Part shown: piece by piece, positions 11,952 through 25,667 of the stretch
Layout of the letters: every line of letters begins with the position of its first letter
Position numbering within the stretch: position 1 is the first letter of the stretch
Assembly (NCBI GenBank): GCA_022813865.1
Contig: JALDZX010000041.1
Location: forward strand, 62,001 to 126,000
Reading direction: 5' to 3'
DNA: 64,000 nucleotides
Source: Xylographa opegraphella
Taxonomy: Eukaryota
The notes under the pieces: model-generated
Told to the model about the DNA's origin: nothing
The model's database searches: none
Seen by the model: only the letters and a program-made list of their open reading frames with translations
Translations under genes and position numbers: made by a program

Positions 11952-14900
11952 TCAGTGGACTCGTAGCCGCTTCACATTGTCGTCAAGCTGGAGATCAACG
12001 TCACGTTGTCTCTTCAGTATCGAAGGAAGGGTTAGGTCATCTACGTCGCTTGTCGCTGTCGAGTCATCCTCGCCAGACGAGCTGGCAGATCCACTGTGAG
12101 TCCTCGCAGTCGCCACCGGTGTATCCTCAAGGATGGACAGGATTCGATTCGTATCGAACTCTCGTTCCTGAGCCGCCACACTGTCAGGGTCGAATTGGCG
12201 TGCATGTGCCAGCATATCGATGGAGGAGTCATCCGAACTGGAGTCGGTGCCTTGGCGTGTCGACTCGCTCGACACGCTGTACAGATGTCTTGGTGGTGCG
12301 AACACTTCTGCCTTGACAAGCGACATCGACGAGCTGCGGCGACTGTTGTTGAATGCGGATACCGATTCATCATCGCAGTCCTCGCTGTTTGACGACGAGA
12401 ATGGGATAAAAGCATAAGACGGAGGCGGCAGAGAAGACGGAGACAGAACTGTTCTGACAGCGGAGACAATCTCGTTTTGAACTCGGTACGCAGAGAGGTG
12501 CCTGCGGTTCTGGAGGGCACGGCGGGTCTTCATATCAAGATGATGTCGGGTCCAGACGCAACTCTTCCCTGATACGTAAGAGGCGGCTTGAGGGTGTTGC
12601 GTGGGAGTACAAACATGGCGAATATTGACTTCAACCACGAAGTTGTCAGAAGGACGGACGCCTCCAATGCCCGACGCTTCGAGCTTCACGGCCGCAGACT
12701 CGGTGTAGACATTGTCAACGCTAGCGGTTGACCGAGCATCAATCTCGAGCAGCTCCATATTCTCAAATTGATCTTGCTCGCTCCAGTCATTATTGACATC
12801 ACAAGTATACATGTCAAGAGGACCTTTTGATTCTGTGAAACGGCCCGTAGAATTAGGACAGTCATCTGCCGGACAGCCCAGCACTGAACACGTAGGTTTA
12901 TCGTACTCGGGTACGTTATACGGGACTCTGCTCGCCTCTCTACTGAAGTCAGTACAGAAGCCTACCCTATCGTAGAAGATGATGGGCCCGTCTTCGAGAG
13001 TCGGACGATAGATAGCAGCACAGGCTACGTTGTCCTGGATGTGAGTCGAAGAGTGCTGAGAGTCGTGCTCGGTCATGGCATGGTCTCCATCGTATGACTT
13101 TGTTTGGTGTCTAAAGAGCGGTTGATAGTTCAGGTTTCGACCCCGTCTCGCACGATATGCGGACACAGGCACTTCGACCTTCGCTAGACCTGAAGCAGGC
13201 AGCAAGGCGTCAAACCCCGACCGGGGACTCTTGCTGAGTCCTCTCTGCTCCTCCGATCTGGATTGGCTGGATCTTCCGCGGCTTTTCGATGCTGCCTGTA
13301 GATCATCCATGGAGCTTTCGTTTTCCTGTTCCACACTACTATTACCATCCGAGCTCATGTTTGTACCTTCACGGCCTCCCCTCCATCGGATCTTACTGCC
13401 ATCGCTTGAAAGGTCGAACTTCTCGCTGACTCCTGCAACGGCCGTTCGAACAAAGCCTGGGGTGACGTTGAGCATGTGCAACTGTGCCATACCGAAAAGA
13501 AGGTTTAGATAAACCCATCGATTTCCGTCTCCAGGTGAGGGGTCAAGGTCCAAGTCTGGGGTTGCGAGGCACAAGTGCCGAATGTAATCTATGTTCTCAG
13601 ACGGAATCTGAGCACGGCAGGGATCCAGATCAATCGGCCGCGTCGGTCGCTGGTCCGAATTCGCACTGCTACTGCAGTTCATTCCGCCTGTCGCGGACTC
13701 TCCGCAGTTTGACAATGATCGCTGTCGAACGGCAGGGAGGTCAGTGCCCATGGTATCAACGAGATCTTTGGTATCATGGTATAACATTTTCGCTTCCCGG
13801 TGTCCTTCAATACTGGCAGCATGGCCACTTGCCTCCACTGCTCGCCTGTCGGCTCTAGCTGCTAACTGCGAGACCTCTTCCTGTTGCATAGATTGGCTCG
13901 ACAACTCAGACGCAGCCCCTTTACCGGTGAAAAGCTCCTCGAGCCGCTTCACCACAAGCTTCTTTCGCGATCGCTCCGTCATCTGCCGCGGGCGCTTCGG
14001 CAGAAGGCCTCGGGGAATATCCTGCAGATATGACTTGATGTTCTGCCTATTCGACAGCACGGGCTGTGAGGGCTTTAGTGTCTCCAGGTGGCTTGACTGT
14101 GGGATTGAGGCATTTCTAGGGGTCGACATAGAAGCGTAACCAGAGTCTGGCGGGTGGGTGTTGGAGGTGGTAGACGATGATACCTTTGGTCCTTTGCTGA
14201 GCGGGAGATGCTGCAGCGGTGGTTGCTGCAGGGCTTGCGGCTGATCGATCGCAGGCTTTTCGAGGTTGGCTACAAAGTCTCTCAAGGTCTCCTCCAGTTT
14301 ACGTTTTTTGGAAAGAGGCAACCCATGTATTCGAACCTCGAAGAGCTTCTCCCGTTGTAAGTGAGAAGAGTAATGTCGTTCGTACGCCTTCAGTCTCTGC
14401 TTCAGAATTTGATTCTCCACCGTTAGGTCATCAATGACGCCCCGATACTCTTCGCTTGTACTTCCGAATGAGTCCATGCGTGATAGCAAAGGTTGTTCGG
14501 AGGCTTGCAGGGTGTCGTTGTCTCGAGTCTTGGACTGGACCGCGCCCGATGTATCTTCTGCAGCAGAGGTTCGGTTTCTCAAGTAAAACGGGGGGTCACC
14601 TATGGTTGGCACATCAGAGGCCTTGAACTCGAAACGGGGAAGGGGGATATACGTACGATCTTCAAAGGAGACATTTCGATTGCGGCACACATTCTTATTA
14701 GAGTCGTCGAACCACTTCTCGGCATTGAGGCCGCCACAATTCCGTTCTGATTCCCACGAGATGTTCCTTAAACTGTCTCCACCGTCGGCAGCAGCATTCG
14801 AGGCCGCACTGATATCGACGCTCACAGTAGCACTGGAAGCACGAGCTGAACGGTAGCTGTGGGCCGACACGATCGGTGGTTGCTGCTTGGGACGTCTTTC

Positions 14901-14966
14901 GGATGTGGAGGAAGCATAACTCGCCGACAGCGCGGGTCGAGAATCGCCTGATGTACGACCCAGCAT
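11952..14966 (-). CDS. frq: Circadian clock protein FREQUENCY (~985 aa); 57-bp in-frame intron 14600-14656
   Basis: FRQ motifs EEYRGVIDDLTVENQILKQRLK, KLFEVRIHGLP, DSGYASMS, KKLVVKRLEELFTGK, QRPTRPIDLDP, WVYLNLLFGMAQLHMLNVTPGFVR, KIRWRGG, LEASGIGGVRPSDNF, LPPPSY. Confidence 0.96.
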   Translation of the reverse strand: MLGRTSGDSRPALSASYASSTSERRPKQQPPIVSAHSYRSARASSATVSVDISAASNAAADGGDSLRNISWESERNCGGLNAEKWFDDSNKNVCRNRNVSFEDRTYIPLPRFEFKASDVPTIGDPPFYLRNRTSAAEDTSGAVQSKTRDNDTLQASEQPLLSRMDSFGSTSEEYRGVIDDLTVENQILKQRLKAYERHYSSHLQREKLFEVRIHGLPLSKKRKLEETLRDFVANLEKPAIDQPQALQQPPLQHLPLSKGPKVSSSTTSNTHPPDSGYASMSTPRNASIPQSSHLETLKPSQPVLSNRQNIKSYLQDIPRGLLPKRPRQMTERSRKKLVVKRLEELFTGKGAASELSSQSMQQEEVSQLAARADRRAVEASGHAASIEGHREAKMLYHDTKDLVDTMGTDLPAVRQRSLSNCGESATGGMNCSSSANSDQRPTRPIDLDPCRAQIPSENIDYIRHLCLATPDLDLDPSPGDGNRWVYLNLLFGMAQLHMLNVTPGFVRTAVAGVSEKFDLSSDGSKIRWRGGREGTNMSSDGNSSVEQENESSMDDLQAASKSRGRSSQSRSEEQRGLSKSPRSGFDALLPASGLAKVEVPVSAYRARRGRNLNYQPLFRHQTKSYDGDHAMTEHDSQHSSTHIQDNVACAAIYRPTLEDGPIIFYDRVGFCTDFSREASRVPYNVPEYDKPTCSVLGCPADDCPNSTGRFTESKGPLDMYTCDVNNDWSEQDQFENMELLEIDARSTASVDNVYTESAAVKLEASGIGGVRPSDNFVVEVNIRHVCTPTQHPQAASYVSGKSCVWTRHHLDMKTRRALQNRRHLSAYRVQNEIVSAVRTVLSPSSLPPPSYAFIPFSSSNSEDCDDESVSAFNNSRRSSSMSLVKAEVFAPPRHLYSVSSESTRQGTDSSSDDSSIDMLAHARQFDPDSVAAQEREFDTNRILSILEDTPVATARTHSGSASSSGEDDSTATSDVDDLTLPSILKRQRDVDLQLDDNVKRLRVH

Positions 14967-15464
14967 GATGCGGTTAAGGATGGGGAAGCCGCAGGGCCAG
15001 GCGTCGAACGTGCACTCTTCGACATGCAAGCACTACTAGGGACCTTCTGGACGGACGCTGACGGCTGACCGAGTCCAGGGCGGCGAACGCCACATGCGAT
15101 TACCAAGAGCGCGGATCTTGATCGATATACCTTATGGCAGCACCCACTTGGGATCGTTATTTGGTCGACAGTGCGGGCGTGGAGTCGTGGACAGTCGAGG
15201 TTTGGATGGCGCCTTGGTACTTGCGGAGCAGTGGAGTGGCGGGCAGCTGGCCAGGCGTAAGGGGAGCGGGTGTGCCGTGGTGTGCGTGAGGAGCTGTGTT
15301 GCTGCGCTGCTCCGACGCAGAGTTTGCTGCTTTGCTGCGATGCTGCGTTTTGCACTGCTGTGGTGGGCAGGTTTGACGAACGAAGTCCGGAGGAGCGTCC
15401 TACCTACAGCGACATCGCCCGCGACTTGGGGTGGGCGTGGGCGTGCCCGCGAGTGGCACATGCA

Positions 15465-15770
15465 CTGATCGGATCGGGGAGCCGTCCACCCCAGCTGTAC
15501 GCAAGACCGGGGCGCCGAAGGGACAACTGGCCGTGCTAGCAAGGGCGACGATGAAACAACACAGAAGTGAAGAAGGAAGTGAGAGGTAGATGTCCATCTT
15601 GCGATCGATCGATGGCGACACTGGGAACTAGGGCGAACGATGCTGCTCCCAAATGCCAGATACGCGCTACCGGAGCTAGGGTGCTGGCGATCGGGAAGCC
15701 TTAAGCAGGGTCCGACAAGCAAGACGAGGCGTGTGGCGTTCCGGAGGTCTGCCCTAACCAATCATCGCCC
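15465..15770. promoter_or_regulatory. CGAT/GATC-rich region upstream of frq, candidate White Collar Complex element
   Basis: gatcggatc (~15467), gcgatcgatcgatg (15601-15614), gcgatcg (~15687); resembles the CGATN-repeat elements of Neurospora frq; function inferred only. Confidence 0.35.
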
Positions 15771-17549
15771 GAGTAACCATGGCCGTGCCCTAGCGAGAGC
15801 TCATGTGGATGACTAATGCCGGGTGCGCTCTGCCATTGGCTCCGTAGTCGCGACTTGAATGCTCGACAACCGCTTCAACATGGCCAGAGAATACCGGAGT
15901 CCAATGTATACCGACTACATGCTCTGCATGGTCGACCTCTTTATCAACTGCAGCCGTCAAAATAAAAGAGAGCATAGGTAGAGTGCCACCGTGCCGATCT
16001 CCTGTCAAACACCCCCACGTCTAACGGTTCTGCGGAGAGCGTGGAAGACCGCATCGAAGATGACCCTACCCCTACACGGAGAGTCCTACGAGCGACCCAG
16101 CTCTGCACGTATGGCTGAATGTCTCGACGATATCATTCAGCGGAAGAATACATGTCACGCTCCGTGTGGTGAGACTCATCCAAAGCACCTGCTGTGGGTC
16201 ACCAAACGCGTGTACTGCCTAATGGACGGAAAGTACATCCTCTCGGTCTTCAAAATGGGGTCCAGAGCCATGCTTCAAGGTAATCTCGTACGAACCCGCA
16301 GCTTCCGTGCTTTTCATTGGGACTTGACATGCCACTGTCCCTCAACGTGTGACCGACAATGTCGAACCGGGTGCAAGGGGTCCGGATGGACCTCCGGCGT
16401 GGATGGCAGTTGACACCTCGATTGAATGTCACACATTATCCTTCCATGACTGGGGCCCATCGCGTGAGCAGCTCGGGTAACGTACGGAAGGGAAGCCTTC
16501 CCGATCTCCGTGTTCGCGGTGTGGGATGAACCGACAACGCTTCGACCTCCGCAGCATAATATTGCGATCTCGTTGATAACTCAGATCTAGCGAGGACCAA
16601 GCCCGGTCCTCAGACTTCCCGCCGCTCCGCATCTTGGGGCAACACCACATTCGTCAATGGCTGATGGCCAGAGCCGGGGGATGCCGCCTGTCCAGTACGC
16701 TATTCCACTGAGCCCTCTGATCTAATTCGCTGGGGGCATCGAATAATGACTATCCGGCGGATTGCTTCTCGTACTGGTATGGTTATTCCTGATTGTATGA
16801 TACGAGCATAAGAGTTGTTCCGACTCATAATCTCGTTGACGGAAACGTAGTTCACGTCCACGACATGCTCTTCTGAGATGGCCGAAGAACGGGTACGTGC
16901 TGATACATGGCCAGTATCCACAGCAGACTGGACCGGATGCTGACCAGCGGTTGACTGTGTCACTCGACTGGACTGGAAACGGATACTGGGTCCAGTCTAG
17001 GCTTTTGCATAAACATACAGATATACGGTAGATGACATAAAATACCTAGCATGTTTGCATAATTCAAACCCCTGATCAGCCCTATCGAAGCGAGCTGCAC
17101 TATGGACGTCGTTTATACTTCCCCCAAATGCAAAATCATGTATTACCGTCCTTGATCAGGGCTCGTTGGAGAATCGGAGGGGAAGGTAAGACGAGAGCTC
17201 TATGGAAAATCCGTGTTTACTGTTTCACTCAGATCCATCGACAGAAGATCACAACATCCTCCACCAAAGCCGACGAGAATTCAATATGATCGCGATTGGA
17301 AGATGCCTCGGTCTGGAACATGCGGCGGCCACTCCCTTCCCATCAGCCCGTAATGACAGGAAGGAGCTTGCGAGAATCTACCTCATGGCCATACTTGACG
17401 CTGGCAAGCTACATAACATTCGCCAGTTTCACAAGTGTAGATGATCATTCACAGAGGAAACCCAAGTCTATTCGAATGATCTACGAAAGCAAATCGAAAC
17501 AAACAACCAAAACAATCCATCGTGAAGTCATCTCTCAACCGGAACCATT

Positions 17550-20500
17550 TCATTTGCCCCCGCCATCAGCGTGCGGCAGCTTGGAGACCACTTTCTCGCA
17601 CAAAGCGAGGAGGGAGGCCGCGTTGGTGATATCGAGCGTGGTCAGCTCGACGCCAAGTTTCATGCGGATCCAATTCCGCAGCTCGACCGCCGACAACGAG
17701 TCGAGCCCGTACGCCATCAGCGGCCTGCCCGGCTCCGGCTCGCTCTCGAGCCGCAGGATCTTGACGAACTGCGCGGAGATCACCTCGACGCACGCATTGC
17801 ACAAGGCAGCCGCATCGGCGCCCGACTTGTGCATCATGCGGAATTGCTTGATGGCTTGGTCGGCCTGGTCACTGCCGTCGCTGTCGTCCATACCGCCGAT
17901 TTTGTTGCCACCCCGGCTGTTGAACAAGTAACTGAACCGAGGCTCGCGTGCCAGTTCGGAGGTGTCTGCTGGGAGCGGGAAGCCGACGCCGGTAATCATC
18001 TCGGTGCTGCTGTTCGCATTGAGAGGTGCGCTGCCATCCTGCTGCAGGATCGAGTACGTCAGAATCTTACGCAGCATGCTCTCGTTGATGGGCGTCCACT
18101 GTCGCTTGTCGAACCGGACTTCCAAACCCGAATTCTGCTCAGCGACGTATCCTACATCTTCGATCAGCCCGAGGTCGACTGTGTTGGCATGGAGGCCCAG
18201 CGTCTGCCGATAGCTTGCAAAAGCGTCGAGGAATGTGTTGGCTGCCGCGTAGTTGGCTTGGCCCTTGTTGCCTATTATACCCGAGGTACTTGAGAGCATG
18301 GTGAAGAATTCGAGCGGTTGCTTCTGAAGCTCCCGCGATGCCCGGTGGAGATTCCAAGTTCCCTGGACCTTGGCGTGGATGGCTGTGTGGAAGTCGTCCA
18401 GTGTCATCAGCTCAAAGGGCTTGTCCTACAATGATTTGGCGTCAGCGTCATGCAATGGAAACCGAGACGTGGCAACCTACCCTAAGCACCATAGCGCCTT
18501 GGACAATCCCGGCGATTCTAGGATTGGCAGATTTGAACATTCGCCGGACGGCTTCGATGTCGCCGACATCGCCTTTGGCATCGACAACTTCGCATCCATA
18601 GAAGCGGCAACTGTGTACCACCCTGGCCGATGCCGCGTCACTGATGCCGCTTCTACTGCTAACGATGATGTGTCGAGCTCCGTGCTGAGCCATGTGAATG
18701 GCTAATGTTCCACAGGCACCTTTCAAACCTCCAACGATGAGGTAAGAAACATCAAGCTGGAGCTGAAGAGTGCGAATCGCCGGCCTAATGGGCACTTGGA
18801 TGTCCATCTTTTCTGCATTGGATATAACAATTTTACCAATGTGACGTCCACTCCGGATGTAGGATAGCGCAGCGATAACCTCATCGAACCCGAATGTAGT
18901 GATGGGGTGAATGGGCGTGAGATGACCGCCGTCTATCAGAATGAAGAGTTCATCAAAGAGACTAATATAGAAGTTAACACTACCAGACTGAAACACTGGG
19001 GTTCGCGCGGCAATAGGCGGGATGACGAACCTTGCGACCAGCGAGTCTTGGATGTCCTTTGTGTATGACATATCCACTGCTCGGAATGAGCAGTTCCTAT
19101 CAAACGGCTCCATCGACAAGGTGTTGCGGTCAACGATGTCCCTCTTACCGATCTCAACCATGTTGCCCCCGTCGGCGATGATCCTCCAGGAGGCGTCTAG
19201 GAGTTCCCCGACCAAGGAATTGATGATGCAGTTCACGCCGCGGCCACCCGTCTCTCGCAGTATCTCCTGTGCAAATTTTGTGTTGCGGGAGGAGAACATG
19301 CGGCTTCTGGGAATACCGTAATTGCTCTCCAGGAACTCTCGTTTTTCTTCCGTGCCAACCGTGACATAGATCTGCGTTCGTCTCAATGTTAGTCTAAGAT
19401 TCTCTCAGGGGATGGGATTGCAGGAGATCGGGGTTGTGGGTGTGCTGGGCTCACCTCTGCCTTCTTGTATTGTGCCAACTGGATACAGGCAACGCCAACG
19501 CCCCCGGTTGCTGAGTGGATAAGGACGGACTTCAACACCGTCAGCAGTCTAATCGTTCAATCCCAATGAGAAGGAGTGGGTTCTTGTTCTCACCTGACCC
19601 TCTTTCAGATTGCCCAGATGATACATCGCGTAGAGGGAGCACAAGTACACCGAGGGAATGGTTGCCGCTTCCTCGAAGCTCATCGATACCGGAATGACAT
19701 GGCAACGGTCCACAGAAACCCGAACACGATTTGCATAACTTCCTGCCTTGAGCATGCAGACACGGTCACCGACCATGAATTTTGTTACTCCCGGCCCAAG
19801 CCTCTTAACAACACCGGCACATTCGAATCCGATATTGAACTCGTTGTCTGGCACGATGCCCATGGTTATAGCGACATCCTTGAAATTAACACCCACGGCC
19901 ATCACTTCAACCTCTACCTTTCCTGCATCGACTAGAGGCTCGCAAGTTTCCGTCTCGCACCACATTAAGCTTTGCAGCGTGCCCAACCGCTCGGCTCTCA
20001 GCTGCACTTGCACCTCGGTACCATGGAATGCCTTGACGACAGGCTCAAGCCCTTCTTCCTCGGCTTGTCTGAAGCCATTCACAGCCGCGTCCGGCATGAT
20101 CCGCTGGACGTGTAGCATACCGTCGCGCTCCATGTATTCAGTCTCTACGGGGCCGTCGCGTTTCAGTAAACCCAGCACCTTTGCGATCGCCCAACTTGTT
20201 GCAGGGCTTGTGCTTGACTGGACGTCCAATGTGGTTAGCCTGGCCATCCCATCCTCTTGCCGTGCCACTCGGAAAAGGCCATTGATAAGGGCATTGTCTG
20301 GATTTGTTACTGGGTACTGAGCGCCCCTGGTGACCCAGAGGAGCGGGCTTCCGGAGCTGACGAGCCCCTTGATGGCCTCCCACTGCTTTCCATTTACTTG
20401 TGTCAATACCGGATTTGACAGCTCATCCAGGATCAAGATCACAGCCCCATCTGTGGCTTTCGAGAAGGGATATGTTCCTTGCGTGACGGTCCACCCTGAA

Positions 20501-23500
20501 GCTTCTAACGTTGCCTGGAGCTGTGGCGGAAGAGCTTCTGGTGTGGTTTCGGCAAGACGAACGACAACAAGATTCCCTTGAGATTCGGTGTTTGCTCCCG
20601 TGCCGGTGCTGCCCCACAGGTATGCAAGGCTGCTGTTGCTTGTAGCAGTAATCTCGATGACTGAGCCCGAGCCACGAGCTTTGCCAATTTCCAAGGATTT
20701 TTTAGCCACTTCATCATCCCAAGATGCGGAGCTAACAGAACTCGCCGGATCTTCCACTAGAAAGCCTGAAGACTGGGACGGTGTTCCGGGCGTTTCGGGT
20801 GAGGATGTTTGATTAAGATTATCGAAAGTTTCAGCAGCCTCGCTCTCTAAACTTGTGGTCGGTTTCTCGTCTTTGAGCCGCACCAAGAGCATGAAAGCGT
20901 CGTTGGAGAGAAGAGGCTTTAGATTATTGATCAGCTTACTCGTGAGTGTGATTTTATCTGATGCCTTGATGATGGCAAGGTCGTAAGCAGCTTCGGTAGG
21001 CAAGCCGAGGACTTCCTTATCCAGACTGATTGGGAGGAACGAAGCGTTTCCCTTGTCTTCATATTGTGTCTCAATACTGACCAACGATTTGGCACTGGAT
21101 GAGGCGAAATCATACTGAGAATATGCCGCCCTGGCTGAAAAATTACTGACTCCAAACCACATGCACGAAGTATCTCTATCGTTGAGATTGACCTCTAGGA
21201 CTTTTAGTGTCGGCTTCTTGTGTGCGATCAGGTCGATGACTGTATCGAGCTTAGTTGATGTCTTATCTGGTGTAAGATACATCATCTGGTCCTGAGTAAA
21301 GAACGTAATGTCTGGCTTCCAGGAGACGCAATGAAAAGTGTGAGGGTCAGGCTTCGAGGCCACGTCTAATTTGGTATAGTTGAGTCCGGTTATGCGCATC
21401 ACCAGTTGGCCGCTTTCAGCATCGTACACAGACGTGTTTGCGACCCAACTCTTTTCTGTCTCAAGTCGGCCACGGCCCGAATACACCGATGTTGCTTTCG
21501 ATCGTCCTTCGTGCAAACGAGCGGGGACCTTGTTGATGATAAAGTCGTCGATGAGCGCAGGGATCATCACACTTTTGACATTACTCCGCTCACATGAGGC
21601 ATTAGAAGGCACTACCGTCTGAAGACAGCCATCGAGAGCAGCAGGATGAATCGGGTAGTATGACTGAGGCGAAAATTTTCCTTCGGGCGGCGAGAGCGAT
21701 ATTAAGGTGCGACAGGCGCGCTGGCCGTTGACCGCCTCAACTTCAATCAACTTTTGGAAAGTCGGGCCAAACTCCATCCCGATCTCGCGCTGGCACTTAT
21801 ACCATAACTTGGGAGCTTGAGGTGATTTGAGCGGGGTGGCGTCCTCACCCTCCATGATCTCATCAATGGGATCCTGGATACGAGCTAGACCGGAGCAGTG
21901 CTCTGAAACGACGTCTCCCTCTAACGTAGAGATACGGAACTCATGCCAGTCCTTACTGCCTGGTACTTTCGTCAACGTGAATGTGATTAGGGCGTCTTTA
22001 CCCTCCTCGAGTACCAAGGCTCTGCTGAAGCGTACATTCCGAAAGCGGTAGCATAGGTCGTTTGAAGCAATATTAGCAGCATCATCCGGTGGAAGAAGCG
22101 CACAGTGCTTCTGATATAGCGCTTCCAATGCCATCGTGATGAATCCGGCACCAGGCATGATCGCATTTCCCCCTATTAATTGAGACACCGAAGTCAGCAT
22201 TGATCTTTGAAGCTGTCTGTGGACATCAATCATTCACGAATCCACGAAGAATAGCGAATCAGAAAGCTTTTACGGGGATACTAAACTTACCCATTCGATG
22301 ATCCATCAGGAAGGGCACGTTGGCGACGTTCAAGCGTGAGCGCCATGTTGGTGTATGCCAGGAGCTACCGAGGATCTTGCTCCCCAGCAGGTCGTGGACG
22401 ATGTACTTCCTGAATCTCCAGTCCTTGCTCGCAGCATTCTCATGCCAATACTTGACACTATGATTCCAGTTGTAGTTGGGAAGGTCGATAATAGTGCGTT
22501 CGTGGCCATCGTACTGGTTGACGACTTTCATGTCGATAGAGGCACCGGCTACGAAAAGGCGGCCAGCAACATCGAAAAGTGACTTGCCAGCATCTACTCC
22601 CCGGGACCAGGAAGCGCAGTATGAGACTTCTCCACCAACTGCCGTAGGCAGCGACTTCAAAACCTGAGACACTGGACCTGCCAAAGCTCCCGACGGGCCG
22701 ATCTCGATGAGGAAGTTAGGGGCGTCCTTGTCCTCAAGCATCGCTTTGAGTGCCCCATCGAAACGAACGGCGGAAATCATATTCGTCTTCCAATACTGCG
22801 CGTCAGCTGGGCTGGTCTTCTTGGAGACTGTGACCGACGAAAAGAGGGTCACATTGCTACTCGAGGCGGCTACGGACTCGCCGTCAAGTGTGTGAAACTT
22901 CTTCTCTGAAGTGAGGAGTTTCTCATACTCCTGGCCAATGATACCCATAAGCTCTGAGTGATAAGCCAGATTGACCTGCAACCGCCTAGCAAAGTGGCCA
23001 GCAGCTGTGATCTCTTCCCGCAATGCCTCCAGCGTCTCAATCTTTCCGGAAACGGTTACGCTGCTAGGACTGTTGAAGCACGCGATCCACGCTCGTCCCA
23101 CGTACTTGTCTAGAAACTCATTCGTAGCCTCGGCACCAAGCCCTACAGCTAACATGCCGACATCACTGTCAACTTCATCCTTGCGATTCAAGGCGGCTCG
23201 GCCTCGAAAGAATGCTGCTATGATTGCACTGGCACGGTCGAGCAGGCCAGCGGCGTACGCGGCTGCGATTTCTCCCGACGAATGGCCTACAACACTGCGA
23301 GGTTTAATGCCCCATGTCTCTAGCACAGCAATGAGACACAACTGTAACGCTGTCACTAGAGGTTGCGAGAACTCAGGCTGGCGGAGGTGCTCAGCGGAGC
23401 GGTGTTCTGTCAGTTCACTGATTAGGGACCATGATGGAGGGTCGTGCAAGCTTTGTAATACTTGATCGAGCCTATGTAAGTAATTTTGGCATTAGTTCTT

Positions 23501-25667
23501 CGGTTTGATGCGGGTATAGTAGAAAGAAGCATTTACTTACTCCTCGAGTATTTTCCGTGTCCATGGGAAGAAACGCAGGAGATCCATGCCCATTTGAGGC
23601 CACTGAGCTCCTTGACCTGTGAAGACAAAGCCGAAAGTGGGTGTCTGCGGGCTTTTCTTTGCGATCACCCAGGCTTCGGGCTTTCCATCGAGCTCCGTAT
23701 TTTGAGCCGTAATGAATGCCCGATGCCAGAGCCGTGTTCTACGCTCGGAAAGTGTGAAGGCGAGGTCAGAGAGGCTGACTTTGACGCGCGGGTTGATCAG
23801 ATGGTTACCGAGTGCCTTAATACTGGCACGGAGAGAAGCAGCATCATTCGCAGACAGGACCAGGATGGACGGCCTCGCAGCTTCCTGGTCGTCCAACGTG
23901 AACTCTTCGTCGGCAGATACATATGAGGACACATGGTGTAATCGGTTGGGGCCTTTGGCCTGCTCAATGATCGCATGGGCGTTTGAACCACCATAGCCAA
24001 AAGAATTGATACTCGCTCTTCGTGGGGAGTTCTCAGGCCAAGGGATCAGATTGCGGTAAGCTTTGACCTTATTCCCAGTAAAGTCAACTAGAATACGGAC
24101 GTCATCAGTATAGTTCCAATGCGGAATTAGTGTCCTTCCAGGCTGCACATACTCTTTGGATTGGGATTGATAAAAGTCGGGTTACCGGGGATAGCGCCGT
24201 TCTCGATAGCCAGAACGGCCTTCAGAAGTCCAGAGATACCTGCCGCTGGCTCTGAATGGCCAACGTTGCTCTTGATCTGTTGTCCATGCGTCAGTTGGGT
24301 CTTGCCACTCAAAAAGGGTTCCATAAACCGGTTATTTGAGTATGGTTAGGTTTCGGGGAAGGGACTACTGACCGAGCCAATAATGAGTGGCTTGTCTGCT
24401 GGACGCGCTGCCGCGAAGACCGAACCCACCCCACGTACTTCGGTCGGATCACCTGCCTGTGTGCCTGTTCCATGGCACTGCGACAAGTTGTTAGCGAACG
24501 GCTCTCCAATCACTCATCCTTGACAGGGGAGGAAAGATGGTGTAGGATAGATACCTCAAGGTAAGTCGTAAGATTGAGGTCGGTGATGCCAGCATGGGCA
24601 TATGCGGCTCGGATCGCCTGGGCCTGGGCCTCCGCGCTTGGGCTCGCGATCCCGGCCGTTCGTCCATTGCTGTTGGACGCGGTACCGAGCACGACGGCCC
24701 GGATCGGGTCACGGTCTCGGATGGCATCCTCCAGCCGCTTCACAATGATCGTGCTGACGGCCTCCGCTTTCACGTACCCATCAGCGGATACGTCGAAAGT
24801 GTGGCAGAGTGCGGTGGGCTAAAGATCAGAACCTCGTAGTCAGCGTTGCTCTTTTGGGGAGACTTGAGGGGGAACAGGGTGGAGTTGGGAAGTGGGGATA
24901 GCTGTGACCTCTGACATGGTCTGGAAATGGGGAACCATAGTCCAAAAAGGGGGATCACAATCTGGAAATTCGAGCCTTACCGAATGTGCGCTACCCACGC
25001 TGCCGGCATCGATGAGATGCTCCGGACTCATGTATAGGTTGCTAGTGGCAACGATGGCAGCATTGATGTCTCGCGACTGCAGGTAGCGGCAGGCGAGATC
25101 AAGACCCTGCAGACTGCCCGAACATGCCGTATCGAGGGTGACGCTGGGACCCTTGATGTTAAGGAAATGGCTGAGACGATTGGAGAGGATGGCGCGTCCC
25201 ACGCCCAGTGCATTGTTGGCAGGCCGATCTTCTGGGTCTCGATTCTGCATATCAGCGTAATCGGCTGCGTACGACCCGACAAAGCACCCGACCGGCTGGT
25301 TGTCCAGGTTCTCGAGTGGAATGCCCGCATTTTCAAGTCCTTCAAAAACGACTTCTAGCATCTGACGCTGATTTGGGTCCATCGCCACAGCTTCAGCTCC
25401 GCCAACTTCAAAGAATCCGGCATCGAAGTCGGCCGGGTCGATGTCCCCGAGGAACATGCCACCGGCCTGACGCATGGTTTTCGGCTTATGGGACCCATCG
25501 AAATGACCCTCGAAATTGAATCGTGTCTTCGGTACCGCACTCGATGCCACTGCTCCCCGCTCCAAAAAGTCCCATAGCTTCTGCGGTGAGTTGTTACCCC
25601 CTGGAAGCCGACATGCAAAGCCCACGATGGCAACCGGCTCTTGCTGATGATGTTGTGACTTCGCCAT
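17550..25667 (-). CDS. Highly reducing iterative type I polyketide synthase (KS-AT-DH-ER-KR-ACP; no intact C-methyltransferase evident), multi-exon
   Basis: [30 protein letters not shown] and [40 protein letters not shown] and [22 protein letters not shown]. Confidence 0.96.

Noticed and set aside
15030..16700. frq uORFs or antisense (qrf-like) transcript
   Set aside because: Plausible by analogy to Neurospora but cannot be supported from sequence alone.
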